A stretch of DNA of 46,227 bases, filler included, from Sphingomonadaceae bacterium (GTDB taxonomy: Bacteria; Chloroflexota; UBA6077), in the NCBI GenBank assembly GCA_050261575.1. It is 3 parts of 3 records of this genome, joined end to end, with 100 filler letters (N's around TTAATTAATTAA, not from the genome) between each part and the next. Parts side by side here need not be neighbours in the genome. Positions count along the whole stretch, not along the records: positions 1 to 22,100 come from JBLNDL010000097.1; 2 more parts are not named here. One strand, 5' to 3'. Both the position numbers and the translations under genes were made by a program. The notes below the pieces were generated by a model. The model had not been told where the DNA came from. It did not search any database and worked only from the letters and a program-made list of their open reading frames with translations. Positions 1 to 11,425 of this stretch are shown piece by piece. Every line of letters starts with the position of its first letter. Positions within the stretch are counted from its first letter, which is position 1.

Positions 1-54
1 TCCACCTGCACCCCCGCACGAGATCGTGCGGGGGTGCAGGTGGAGCGGCGCTGC

Positions 55-63
55 TGCTATAAT
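55..63 (+). promoter_or_regulatory. Extended -10 promoter element upstream of acnA
   Basis: Perfect TGnTATAAT (tgctataat) about 190 nt before the acnA ATG. Confidence 0.55.
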
Positions 64-250
64 GTGATAGAAACCTTTAGTATCCCAGATGGCTTTTCAG
101 GGCCGGGGCGGGGACGCCGTCGGTGAGGGGATCGAAGGTCGCGCAGCGGACCTCTTCGGTTGCGCAGGAGGTCCGGTCCCCGCTATAGTGCACAGGAATG
201 ATCGATTTTACGTGCCCTTTCGTGGAACTATAAGGGAGGATAGGTAGGAA

Positions 251-2941
<2,691 letters not shown>

Positions 2942-2994
2942 CGAGCGGCCGGAGTGAGGGGGGCCCGCCGCGGGCTGCCCAACCAAGCCCCAAC

Positions 2995-3092
2995 GTGGGG
3001 GGCGGACCTGCGTGTCCGCCCCTTGTGCGCACGCAGCGTGACGCGAGCGTGACCGTGAGGCGAGGGCAGCCTCGCGGCCACGCTCGCCCCAC
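2995..3092. repeat. REP/REPIN-like palindromic element, copy A
   Basis: GGGGCGGACCTGCGTGTCCGCCC hairpin followed by CAGCGTGACGCGAGCGTG. Both segments recur at 29621-29737. Confidence 0.7.
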
Positions 3093-3152
3093 ATCGTCGC
3101 ATTCACGGAACGACGCGCCGAGGCCAGGTATCCGTGCGCGGATGCCTCGCCC

Positions 3153-4130
3153 CTACTTCTTTACCACCACGTCCTTGTTCACCAGCCCTACCGGCCGCTC
3201 GCCTCGCAAGATGGCGATCACGTTGTCGGCGGCCATCAGGCCCATGGCGCGCATGGCGTCCTCGGTCTGGCCCGCAGCGTGCGGCGCCAGGTAGACGTTA
3301 TCCAGGTTCCTCAGAGGGCTATCGGCTTCCAACGGCTCGTTGGCGAAGACGTCCAGGGCTGCACCCGCGATCCTCTTCTCCTTGCAGGCCTTCGCGAGCG
3401 CCTTCTCGTCCACTATTGGGCCGCGGGCCGTGTTGATCAGGTAGGCGGTGGGCTTCATCAGCGCCAGCCGCTCGGCGTTGATCAGGTGGCGGGTGGTGTC
3501 GTCCAGGAAGCAGTGGAGGGTGACGTAGTCGCTCTCGCGCAGGAGCTGCTCCAGGGAGACGTAGGTCACCTGGTGCTGGGCGGCGAAGGCCTCGTCCTTG
3601 TAGACGTCGTAGGCCAGAACCCGCATGTCGAACCCTCGGGCGCGCTTGGCCACCTCCTTGCCGATGGAGCCCAGGCCGACGATCCCGATGGTCGAGCCGG
3701 GGAGGTCCTTCCCCTGGTACCTCTTCCAGCCGCCCTTGGGGACCTCGGTGAGGTTCTCCAGCAGACGGCGGGCGCAGGCCAGGAGCAGCGTGAAGGCGAA
3801 GTCGGCCACGGCGCGGTTGTTGGCGCCGGGCGTGATGCAGACGGCGATGCCGTTCTCGGTGGCCGCCGGCACGTTGATCGCGTCGTAGCCCACGCCGGTC
3901 CGGGCGACGACCTTGAGCTGCTTGGCAGAGGAGAGCACCTTAGGGGTGAAGGGGTCGATGCTGACGACGGCGCCATCGATCCCCTGGAGGATGTCGATCA
4001 TCTCCTCCTCGGTTCGGCCGCCGTGCCAGCAGTTGAAGACGGTCTCCATGCCCGCCGACTGCAAGCGCTGATCCACCTCGTCTCCGGGTTTCAGCCAGAA
4101 AGATGTTAGAAGCACTCGGGGTTTAGCCAT
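3153..4130 (-). CDS. D-isomer-specific 2-hydroxyacid dehydrogenase (phosphoglycerate dehydrogenase family)
   Basis: RTGVGYD, GIVGLGSIG Rossmann motif, LINTARG, AALDVF-EP, PHAAG. No ACT domain. Confidence 0.92.
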   Translation of the reverse strand: MAKPRVLLTSFWLKPGDEVDQRLQSAGMETVFNCWHGGRTEEEMIDILQGIDGAVVSIDPFTPKVLSSAKQLKVVARTGVGYDAINVPAATENGIAVCITPGANNRAVADFAFTLLLACARRLLENLTEVPKGGWKRYQGKDLPGSTIGIVGLGSIGKEVAKRARGFDMRVLAYDVYKDEAFAAQHQVTYVSLEQLLRESDYVTLHCFLDDTTRHLINAERLALMKPTAYLINTARGPIVDEKALAKACKEKRIAGAALDVFANEPLEADSPLRNLDNVYLAPHAAGQTEDAMRAMGLMAADNVIAILRGERPVGLVNKDVVVKK

Positions 4131-4225
4131 CTTGTCCTCAGCTCCTTATGTAATCGGTGATCCGATGCGGGGTGGGGCCGTGCCCCACCGCGAGCCTTCG
4201 CGGTCCCATCCCAGGCCGATCCAGC

Positions 4226-4356
4226 CATCTCCTCTTCCGTGCGGCCCCGTGCCTGTGCCCGTACACCGGCTCGAAACCCGCCTCCTCGAGCAGGCGGACG
4301 GACTCGTCGCCCGGGCGGAGACGTGGAGAGGTGATCAGCACGCGGGGTTTCGCCAT
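4226..4356 (-). pseudogene. Frameshifted N-terminal remnant of a paralogue of the adjacent dehydrogenase
   Basis: SD AGGAGG, then MAKPRVLITSPRLRPGDE...HG, a 1-nt frameshift in a G run, then GRTEEEM. This parallels MAKPRVLLTSFWLKPGDE...HGGRTEEEM of 3153-4130. Confidence 0.8.
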
Positions 4357-4481
4357 GGGGATGTCTGCCTCCTGTCGGGAAGGGCTGGTTGCGCCGATGG
4401 CCCTGTGGATTTGGGCCTCCAACCTGGTCTCGATGCGAAAGGATACTACGCGGGGTGGCAATAATCCAGAGAGGCGCTGCC

Positions 4482-4536
4482 TTGACAGCCACTCCGGCGG
4501 CTCTTATACTGAAATCCGAGCGAATCAGTAGGAATT
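4482..4536 (+). promoter_or_regulatory. sigma70 promoter plus candidate Rrf2 (IscR-type) operator
   Basis: TTGACA (4482-4487), 17-nt spacer, TATACT (4505-4510). Followed immediately by the imperfect palindrome AAATCCGAGCGAATCAGTAGGAATT (4512-4536). Confidence 0.7.
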
Positions 4537-4563
4537 GCGTGGTAGGGCTCGATCGGGGCGGTC

Positions 4564-4983
4564 ATGAAGCTTTCGACGCGCGGACATTACGGTTTGTTGG
4601 CGATGGTGGAGCTGGCCAAGCATTACGGCAGGGGGCCGCTGTCGCTATCGGAGATCGCACAGGCGGGGGAACTCCCCCTGGCCTACCTCGAGCAACTGTT
4701 CGGCAGCCTACGCCATGCCGGTCTGGTGGAGGGCACCCGAGGCGTGCGCGGGGGTTACCGACTCACTCGGGAGCCTGCCCAGATCACCGTCGGAGAGGTG
4801 GTGAGGGTGCTGGAAGGCCCCATCGGGCCTGTCGAGTGTGTCGTGGAGGGGGAGAGCAGCGACTGCTGCAGCCGCGCCACCGAATGCGCCACCAAGGACA
4901 TGTGGCTTCGGGTGCGGGAGAGCATCCTCGACGTTCTGGATAACACCTCGCTGGCCGATTTCCAGCCCACCTCCATAGGCTAA
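4564..4983 (+). CDS. Rrf2-family transcriptional regulator (IscR/CymR-like)
   Basis: MKLSTRGHYGL, YLEQLF, RGVRGGY, Cys cluster CVVE..CCSRATEC. Lies upstream of iscS/iscU. Confidence 0.92.
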   Translation: MKLSTRGHYGLLAMVELAKHYGRGPLSLSEIAQAGELPLAYLEQLFGSLRHAGLVEGTRGVRGGYRLTREPAQITVGEVVRVLEGPIGPVECVVEGESSDCCSRATECATKDMWLRVRESILDVLDNTSLADFQPTSIG

Positions 4984-5053
4984 GCAGGTTTCTCTGGATA
5001 GAGTACACGTTTCCCGCTAGTGAACTCGACATGGACTAGAGTTACCTGCTTGG
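4980..5053. mobile_element. About 75-bp terminal-inverted-repeat element (MITE-like), copy 1
   Basis: Ends CTAAGCAGGTTTCTCTGG and CTAGAGTTACCTGCTTGG. The interior GTACACGTTTCCCGC..GACATGGACTAGAG matches the reverse complement of 21578-21652. Confidence 0.7.
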
Positions 5054-5146
5054 GCCGTCGGCTCCAGACAGGGAGCCGACTCCCTGCCGGAAGAGTTGAC
5101 CTGATCTGGGGATACCCGCTTGGGGAAGACCGAAAGGAGATACGCA

Positions 5147-6328
5147 GTGGCGCGTTTCATCTACCTGGACCATGCGGCGACCACGCCGGTCGATCCGGCC
5201 GTGGTGGAGGCCATGATCCCCTATTTCACCGAGAAGTTCGGCAACCCCTCCAGCATCTACGGGCCGGCCCGCGAGGCCCGCAAGGCGTTGGATTGGGCCC
5301 GCGATACGGTCGCGCAAGTCCTGGGCGCAAGCCCCGCCGAGATCGTCTTCACCAGCGGCGGCACCGAGAGCGACAACCTGGCCCTGAAGGGGGTGGCCTT
5401 CGCCAACCGCCACAAGGGCAACCACATCATCACCACCCAGGTCGAGCACCACGCTATCCTGCACACCTGCGAATACCTGGAGAAGCGGGCCGGCTTCCGG
5501 GTTACCTACCTGCCGGTCGACCAGTACGGCACCGTGGACCTCGATGCCCTGCAGCGTGCCCTGACGCCGGACACCATCCTGGTCAGCGTCATGTACGCCA
5601 ACAACGAGGTGGGAACGATCCAGCCCATCGGCGAGATCTCCCGCATCGTGAAGACCGCAGGGGTCCTCTTCCATACCGACGCCGTGCAGGCCGGCGGCTC
5701 GCTCGATCTGAACGTGGACAAGCTCGGTGTCGACATGATGAGCCTCTCGGCCCACAAGTTCTACGGTCCCAAGGGCGTGGGGGTGTTCTACGTCCGCAAG
5801 GGCACCAGCTACTGGCCGCAGCAGCAGGGCGGTGGGCAAGAGCGCGGCAGACGGGCGGGCACGGAGAATACCGCCGGGATAGTGGGCCTCGCGACGGCGC
5901 TGAAGCTGGCCTACGAGCGGCTGGACTCGTACAACGCCCACGTCTCCAGGCTGCGCGACAAGCTGATCGAAGGGATCGGCAAGATCCCCGGTGCTTACCT
6001 CACCGGCCATCCCACCAATCGACTGCCGAACAACGCCAGCTTCGTCTTCGACTTCGTCGAGGGGGAGTCGATCCTGCTTGGCCTGGACATGCTGGGCGTG
6101 GGCGCATCCAGCGGGTCGGCATGCACCTCCGCCTCGCTGGAACCCTCCCACGTGCTGAAGGCGATGGGTGTTCCGATCGAGAGGGCTCACGGGAGCCTGC
6201 GGCTGACCACCGGCAAGGACAACACCGAGGAAGACGTCGACCGCGTCGTCGAGGCTCTCCCCGGGATCATCGAGCGACTCAGGGCGATGTCTCCCCTGGC
6301 TGGCGCCGGCGCATCGTTAGGCCAATAG
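5147..6328 (+). CDS. iscS: Cysteine desulfurase (IscS/NifS)
   Basis: [34 protein letters not shown] (PLP Lys), SSGSACTS (catalytic Cys). GTG at 5147 follows SD AAAGGAG. Confidence 0.96.
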   Translation: MARFIYLDHAATTPVDPAVVEAMIPYFTEKFGNPSSIYGPAREARKALDWARDTVAQVLGASPAEIVFTSGGTESDNLALKGVAFANRHKGNHIITTQVEHHAILHTCEYLEKRAGFRVTYLPVDQYGTVDLDALQRALTPDTILVSVMYANNEVGTIQPIGEISRIVKTAGVLFHTDAVQAGGSLDLNVDKLGVDMMSLSAHKFYGPKGVGVFYVRKGTSYWPQQQGGGQERGRRAGTENTAGIVGLATALKLAYERLDSYNAHVSRLRDKLIEGIGKIPGAYLTGHPTNRLPNNASFVFDFVEGESILLGLDMLGVGASSGSACTSASLEPSHVLKAMGVPIERAHGSLRLTTGKDNTEEDVDRVVEALPGIIERLRAMSPLAGAGASLGQ

Positions 6329-6350
6329 AAGCGTCGAGGAGCGATCTTGG

Positions 6351-6722
6351 ATGTATAGCGACCTGGTGATGGAGCATTTCAGTAACCCCCGGAACGTCGG
6401 AGAGATTCCGGATGCCGACGGCGTCGGCATGGAGGGCAACCCCGTCTGCGGCGACGTGATGAAGATCTACATCAAGGTCAAGGATGGGCGGATAGCGGAC
6501 GTAAAGTTCAAGACCTTCGGGTGCGGCGCAGCCATCGCCACCAGCAGCATGGTCACAGAGATGGTGATGGGCAAGACGCTGGAAGAGGCGATGGAGGTGA
6601 GCAACAAGGCGGTCGCCGAAGCCCTGGGCGGCCTCCCGCCTGTGAAGATGCACTGCTCGAACCTCGCCGCCGACGCCCTCCACAAGGCGATCGAGGACTA
6701 CCGATCGAAGGTAGGGGCGTAG
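6351..6722 (+). CDS. iscU: Fe-S scaffold protein (IscU/NifU N-domain)
   Basis: HFSNPRNVG, GNPVCGD, FGCGAAIATSS, LPPVKMHCS. Confidence 0.95.
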   Translation: MYSDLVMEHFSNPRNVGEIPDADGVGMEGNPVCGDVMKIYIKVKDGRIADVKFKTFGCGAAIATSSMVTEMVMGKTLEEAMEVSNKAVAEALGGLPPVKMHCSNLAADALHKAIEDYRSKVGA

Positions 6723-6840
6723 CCCGGCTGGCCAAATGGGGGCGAAGCATCCGTGCACGGATGCTTCGCAGGGCTGCAAACGTCGTGTGCGCTTTTTGTG
6801 GGCGAAGCACGGGGCCGCGGCCGAGTGCTTCGCCCCCTAT
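6711..6840. repeat. REP-like composite palindrome between convergent genes
   Basis: GTAGGGGCG ... GCGAAGCATCCG-TGCA-CGGATGCTTCGC ... GGGCGAAGCAC ... GTGCTTCGCCCCCTAT. Overlaps the stop codons of both flanking genes. Confidence 0.65.
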
Positions 6841-7895
6841 TGCCCCCAGTAGCCCTGCAGGGGCTTCCCATCCACCCAGATGTGGGGCTCGGTCATCAGC
6901 ATGTCGTAGTGGGTGAGAGCCGGAAGGTCGTGATCGTAGTTGGACCCGATGGCGACGTGGCAGGTTCCCTCGACCTTCTCCGCCTCCAGCATGTCCGGGA
7001 TCATCTCCGCCTTCGGGTTCAGCCCCAGCCCCACCTCGCCGATGCCCCAGGTGTTGCGGGCGTAATCCTCCTTGCCCATCGCAAGCGCCCGACTCTCCCC
7101 CTCCTTGAGGGCGGCTTTCACCGCCTCCGAGTGCGCACTGGGGAGGATGCGGGTGACGTAGCCCCCCTCCACCTCCATCACCACCGGTTCCGAGGGGATG
7201 AGGCAAACCGGGCCGGAGGCGATCACGCCGTCGAAGACGATTCTCCCACGAGCCGTGCCCAACTCGGGGGAGAAGAAGATCTCGCCGCAGGGCAGGTTGC
7301 CGTGGCTGCCGGGTTTGCGCAGGTCACCGTCGTCCACGAAGACCTCGCGCCCTCGCAACCCCACTGTGAGATCCGTGCCGGCCTCGGTGACGATCCGCAT
7401 CTCGGATGCCCCCTCGATCGCACTCCGCAGGGCGGCAGCCCGCTGCCGGATCGCCTCGTAGTCCACCTCCATGCAGCGGAGGAAGGTTTCCATCTTGATG
7501 CCGGGGGAGGTGCCGGCCCGGCTGCGCTTGTCCCCCTCGGTGATCTTATCGAAGATGTGGGTATACCTCTTCCCGTCGCGCCCCACGTAGCCGATGTGGA
7601 GGCCGTGGGGGTCCTTGCCGATCTTGTCGGTGGAGATGCTGAAGAGGATGTCGGGCTCGGTAGCCAGGGCGGCCAGCACGGATGGGTCGGCGAAATCGGT
7701 GATGCCCCTGGTGGTCTGGCGGATCAGCAGCGGTCGACCTCCCATTTCGACCGTTGCCTGGAAGTAGGCATCGCAGATGAGGCGCGAGGCCTCCTCGGGG
7801 TTTCCCACGATGAGCACCCGCTCGTCGGGCTGAAGCCCCAACGACTGTTCCAGCACCGTCCTCGCGATTCTCGCTAGATCGCCACTCTCTACCAT
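6837..7895 (-). CDS. Aminopeptidase, M29 (thermophilic metalloprotease / AmpT-like) family
   Basis: NLPCGEIF, GEVGLGLN, EAEKVEGTCHVAIGSN, HYD. Start set at MVESGD after SD GAGGGG. Confidence 0.8.
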   Translation of the reverse strand: MVESGDLARIARTVLEQSLGLQPDERVLIVGNPEEASRLICDAYFQATVEMGGRPLLIRQTTRGITDFADPSVLAALATEPDILFSISTDKIGKDPHGLHIGYVGRDGKRYTHIFDKITEGDKRSRAGTSPGIKMETFLRCMEVDYEAIRQRAAALRSAIEGASEMRIVTEAGTDLTVGLRGREVFVDDGDLRKPGSHGNLPCGEIFFSPELGTARGRIVFDGVIASGPVCLIPSEPVVMEVEGGYVTRILPSAHSEAVKAALKEGESRALAMGKEDYARNTWGIGEVGLGLNPKAEMIPDMLEAEKVEGTCHVAIGSNYDHDLPALTHYDMLMTEPHIWVDGKPLQGYWGQ

Positions 7896-8073
7896 GGTCC
7901 CCCCTCGAAGGTTGACGACAATCGGCTCGGCCGAGCCACGCTTCGGCCGAGCCGATTGTCGCACATCCCGCCTGCCCGATCCAGCAGCGCTGACTCCAGG
8001 GTGCTGGGGGCGTCGGCTGGCGCTAGTCGACTGGTCCTAGTAGAATCGGCGGGACATACGTATTCACTGGGAG

Positions 8074-9090
8074 ATGCTCGTGGAAGAGAAAAGGAAGGGA
8101 CGGATACTGACGGGGGATAGGCCCACCGGGAAGCTTCACCTGGGCCACTACGTGGGCACCTTGCGCAATCGGGTGCGGCTCCAGGATGAGTACGAGTGCT
8201 TCTTCATCATCGCTGACTACCACGTACTGACTACTCGCCAGGAGAACCTGGGGGAGGTGGAGCAGAACATCCGCGACGTGCTGCTGGACAACCTCAGCGC
8301 CGGGATCGATCCGGAGCGGAGCACGGTTTTCCTGCAGTCGCTGGTGCCTCAGATCCCGCAACTGCATCTTCTCTTCTCGATGCTGGTATCGGTGCCGCGG
8401 CTTCAGCGGGTGCCCACGCTGAAGGAGGTGATGCGTGACTTGAAGCTGGAGACAGCTTCCTACGGGCTCCTGGGCTACCCAGTGCTGCAAGCGTCGGACA
8501 TCCTGATCGTGAAGGGCGACCTGGTGCCCGTGGGCAAGGACCAGGCTTCCCACATCGAGGTGACCAGGGAGACGGCCAGGCGCTTCAACGACCTGTACGG
8601 GCCGGTTTTCCCCGAGCCGCAGGCCCTGATCGGCGACGTGCCGACGCTGGTGGGCACCGACGGCAAGGCCAAGATGAGCAAGAGCCTGGGGAACGCCATC
8701 TTCCTGTCCGACGATGCCAAGACGGTGGAGAAGAAGGTTATGGGGATGTACACGGACCCCACCCGCATCCACGCGACCGATCCCGGCCACGTTGCGGGCA
8801 ACCCGGTCTTCATCTACCACGACATCTTCAATCCCGACAAGGACGAGGTGAACGACCTGAAGAAGCGATACCGGGCAGGCAGGGTAGGTGACGTCGAGGT
8901 GAAGAAGAAGCTGGCCCGGGCTTTGAACAGCTTCCTGGACCCGATCCGCGAGCGGCGGGCCTACTACGAGGAGCGCCCTCACCTGCTGGACGAGATCATC
9001 CAGAAGGGGAGCGCCAGGGTCCGGGAGATCGGCGCAGCCACCATCTCGGAGGCCAGGAAGGCCATGGGCATCGACTACTTCGGCGCATAG
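8074..9090 (+). CDS. trpS: Tryptophan--tRNA ligase
   Basis: [14 protein letters not shown] (HIGH), [22 protein letters not shown]. Confidence 0.97.
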   Translation: MLVEEKRKGRILTGDRPTGKLHLGHYVGTLRNRVRLQDEYECFFIIADYHVLTTRQENLGEVEQNIRDVLLDNLSAGIDPERSTVFLQSLVPQIPQLHLLFSMLVSVPRLQRVPTLKEVMRDLKLETASYGLLGYPVLQASDILIVKGDLVPVGKDQASHIEVTRETARRFNDLYGPVFPEPQALIGDVPTLVGTDGKAKMSKSLGNAIFLSDDAKTVEKKVMGMYTDPTRIHATDPGHVAGNPVFIYHDIFNPDKDEVNDLKKRYRAGRVGDVEVKKKLARALNSFLDPIRERRAYYEERPHLLDEIIQKGSARVREIGAATISEARKAMGIDYFGA

Positions 9091-9132
9091 GATATAATCG
9101 ATCTGATTAATCCTGTGCACCGGGAGGGGCCA

Positions 9133-9537
9133 TTGCAGATCACCCGACGGGCGGACTACGCTGTCCGCACCATGTTGCAGGTCGCCGAGAGCGAAGGCTC
9201 GACGGTTCTCACCCAGGAGGTCGCCTCCAGGCAGGGCATACCCGCCCCCTTTCTGGCGAAGATCGTGCTGTCGCTGACGAGCGGTGGGTTGCTGCGCTCC
9301 CGCCGCGGCTCCGGCGGCGGCATCGCGTTGGCGAGGCCGGCGGACCAGATCACCTTGCTGGAGATCGTGGAGGCATTGGACGGACCCATAGCCGTGAACA
9401 GTTGCGTGCTCTGGCCGGAGGAGTGTTCCAGGGTGGGCGATTGCCCCGTCCACGAGATCTGGTGCGAAGCCCAGTCGCTGTTGGTGGAGCGCCTCCGCTC
9501 CACCACGCTGGCCGACCTGGTGAAACGGGGAAGGTAA
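9133..9537 (+). CDS. Rrf2-family regulator with three Cys (probable Fe-S)
   Basis: ITRRADYAVR, RRGSGGG, CVLWPEECSRVGDCPVH. TTG start follows SD GGGAGG. Confidence 0.9.
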   Translation: MQITRRADYAVRTMLQVAESEGSTVLTQEVASRQGIPAPFLAKIVLSLTSGGLLRSRRGSGGGIALARPADQITLLEIVEALDGPIAVNSCVLWPEECSRVGDCPVHEIWCEAQSLLVERLRSTTLADLVKRGR

Positions 9538-9570
9538 CACGCGCCGCAACGCCCGTTGGATGCGCTTGTC

Positions 9571-9599
9571 TTGACACTGGTTAAGAAAGTGGATATTAT
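9571..9599 (+). promoter_or_regulatory. sigma70 promoter of rny
   Basis: TTGACA, 17-nt spacer, TATTAT in an AT-rich intergenic stretch. Confidence 0.7.
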
Positions 9600-9670
9600 C
9601 ATATTGTGGTCATCTGTCTCCTGGCGCGACAATCCTCGTGTTAATCAAGGAAAGTGAGGTTTAGCGCTTT

Positions 9671-11206
9671 TTGGACAGCACCATTCTAATACTGTTTAGT
9701 AGCCTAACGACGCTTCTGATAGGCGTAGCGGTGGGCTACTTCGTCCGGCAGTATCTTGTGGGGACGGATCTGAAGCTGGCGCAGACCAGTGCCGAGAAAC
9801 TTCTCGCCGAGGCCAACGCCAGGAAGAGTGAGATACTTCTGGAGGCTAAGGACGAGGCCCTGAAGATCCGGCAGGCCGCCGAGTTGGAGCATCGCGAACG
9901 GCGAAGCGAACTGCAGCGGCAGGAGCGGCGAATCCAGCAGAAGGACGAGAATCTGGATCGCCGGTTGGAGAGCGTCGAGAGGCGCGAGAGGACCCTTACC
10001 AGCAAAGAGAAGGAACTGGAGATGCTGCGCACCGAGATCGAGGAGGTGAAGGCCCAGCAGATCCGGGAACTGGAGAGGATCTCCGGGTTGACCAGAGAGG
10101 TCGCCAGGGCCGAGATCCTCAAGAGCGTCGAAGAAGAGGTCAAAGTGGACGCGGCCCGACTCGTGCGCGAGTTGGAGGCTCAGGCTCGGGAGGAGGCCGA
10201 TCGAAGGGCCAGGGGCATCATCACCCAGGCCGTTCAGCGGTGTGCCACCGACCTGGTGGCCGAGACCACTGTGTCCGTCGTACCCCTCCCCAACGATGAG
10301 ATGAAGGGTAGGATCATCGGGCGGGAGGGGCGCAACATCCGGGCGCTGGAGAGCGCCACCGGGGTGGACCTCATCATCGACGACACGCCGGATGCCGTGA
10401 CACTGTCGGGCTTCGACCCCGTGCGGCGAGAGATCGCCCGTCTGGCCCTCACCAAGCTGATCCAGGATGGCCGAATCCATCCAGCGAGGATCGAGGAGGT
10501 CGTACACAAGACCAAGATCGAGGTGGAGGCGGCGATTCGGGAGGCCGGCGAGGAGGCGGCTCTGGAGGCGGGCGTGCATGGCCTGCATCCGGAGGTGATC
10601 AAGCTGCTCGGCCGAATGAACTACCGCACCAGCTACGGCCAGAACATCCGTCTGCACTCGATCGAGGTTTCCCACCTTGCTCAGGTGCTGGCCTCGGAGA
10701 TCGGTGCGGACGTGAATGTGGCGAAGCGCGCGGGGCTGCTCCATGACCTCGGCAAGGCGGTCGACCACGAGTTCGAGGGGCCGCACGCCCTGATCGGAGC
10801 GGAGCTTGCCAAGCGCTACGGGGAATCCCCGAAGGTGGTGCATGCCATCGCGGCGCACCACGCCGACGAATCCGAGCCCCAGACCCTGGAGGCCATCATC
10901 GTGCAGGCGGCCGACGCCATTTCGGGCGCCAGGCCGGGGGCAAGGCGGGAGACCCTGGAGCACTACATCAAGCGGCTCGAGGCGCTGGAGCACGTCGCCA
11001 ATTCCTTCGAGGGTGTCGAGAAGTCCTTCGCGATTCAAGCCGGACGAGAGGTTCGTATCATCGTAAAGCCAGAGGAGATCGACGATCTGGGTGCCGTGAG
11101 GCTCGCTCGCGACATCGTGAAGAAGATCGAGGAGACGTTGCAGTATCCCGGCCAGGTCAAGGTGACGGTGGTTCGGGAGACCAGAGCGGTTGACTACGCC
11201 AAGTAA
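9671..11206 (+). CDS. rny: Ribonuclease Y
   Basis: N-terminal TM helix, coiled coil, KH domain ([14 protein letters not shown]), HD domain (LLHDLGK), [22 protein letters not shown]. Confidence 0.97.
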   Translation: MDSTILILFSSLTTLLIGVAVGYFVRQYLVGTDLKLAQTSAEKLLAEANARKSEILLEAKDEALKIRQAAELEHRERRSELQRQERRIQQKDENLDRRLESVERRERTLTSKEKELEMLRTEIEEVKAQQIRELERISGLTREVARAEILKSVEEEVKVDAARLVRELEAQAREEADRRARGIITQAVQRCATDLVAETTVSVVPLPNDEMKGRIIGREGRNIRALESATGVDLIIDDTPDAVTLSGFDPVRREIARLALTKLIQDGRIHPARIEEVVHKTKIEVEAAIREAGEEAALEAGVHGLHPEVIKLLGRMNYRTSYGQNIRLHSIEVSHLAQVLASEIGADVNVAKRAGLLHDLGKAVDHEFEGPHALIGAELAKRYGESPKVVHAIAAHHADESEPQTLEAIIVQAADAISGARPGARRETLEHYIKRLEALEHVANSFEGVEKSFAIQAGREVRIIVKPEEIDDLGAVRLARDIVKKIEETLQYPGQVKVTVVRETRAVDYAK

Positions 11207-11218
11207 ACGCCCTTGGGT

Positions 11219-11254
11219 AAAGGGGCTGGACGCGCCAGCGTCTGGCCCCTTTTG
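11219..11254 (+). terminator. Intrinsic terminator after rny
   Basis: AAAGGGGCTGGACGC-GCCA-GCGTCTGGCCCCTTTT hairpin ending in a T run. Confidence 0.8.
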
Positions 11255-11425
11255 TCGTGTGAGGGCATGCGGGTTGCTGAGAGCAGCCACCGATGCTGCC
11301 CTGTGAGGGGTCGCGGCGCCGAGGATGAACGCGTGACGATTCGCATGCGCCGTGGATGAACGCGCCGGTCCCTCCCTGCAGATCCGCACGACGCTTTGAA
11401 CCTGTTGCCTGGAGGTGACCACCCG

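Noticed and set aside
7962..8073. T-box before trpS, or an IscR type-1 site (TAGTCGACT...)
   Set aside because: The region is too short and lacks the T-box consensus. The IscR-like match is one half-site with the wrong spacing.
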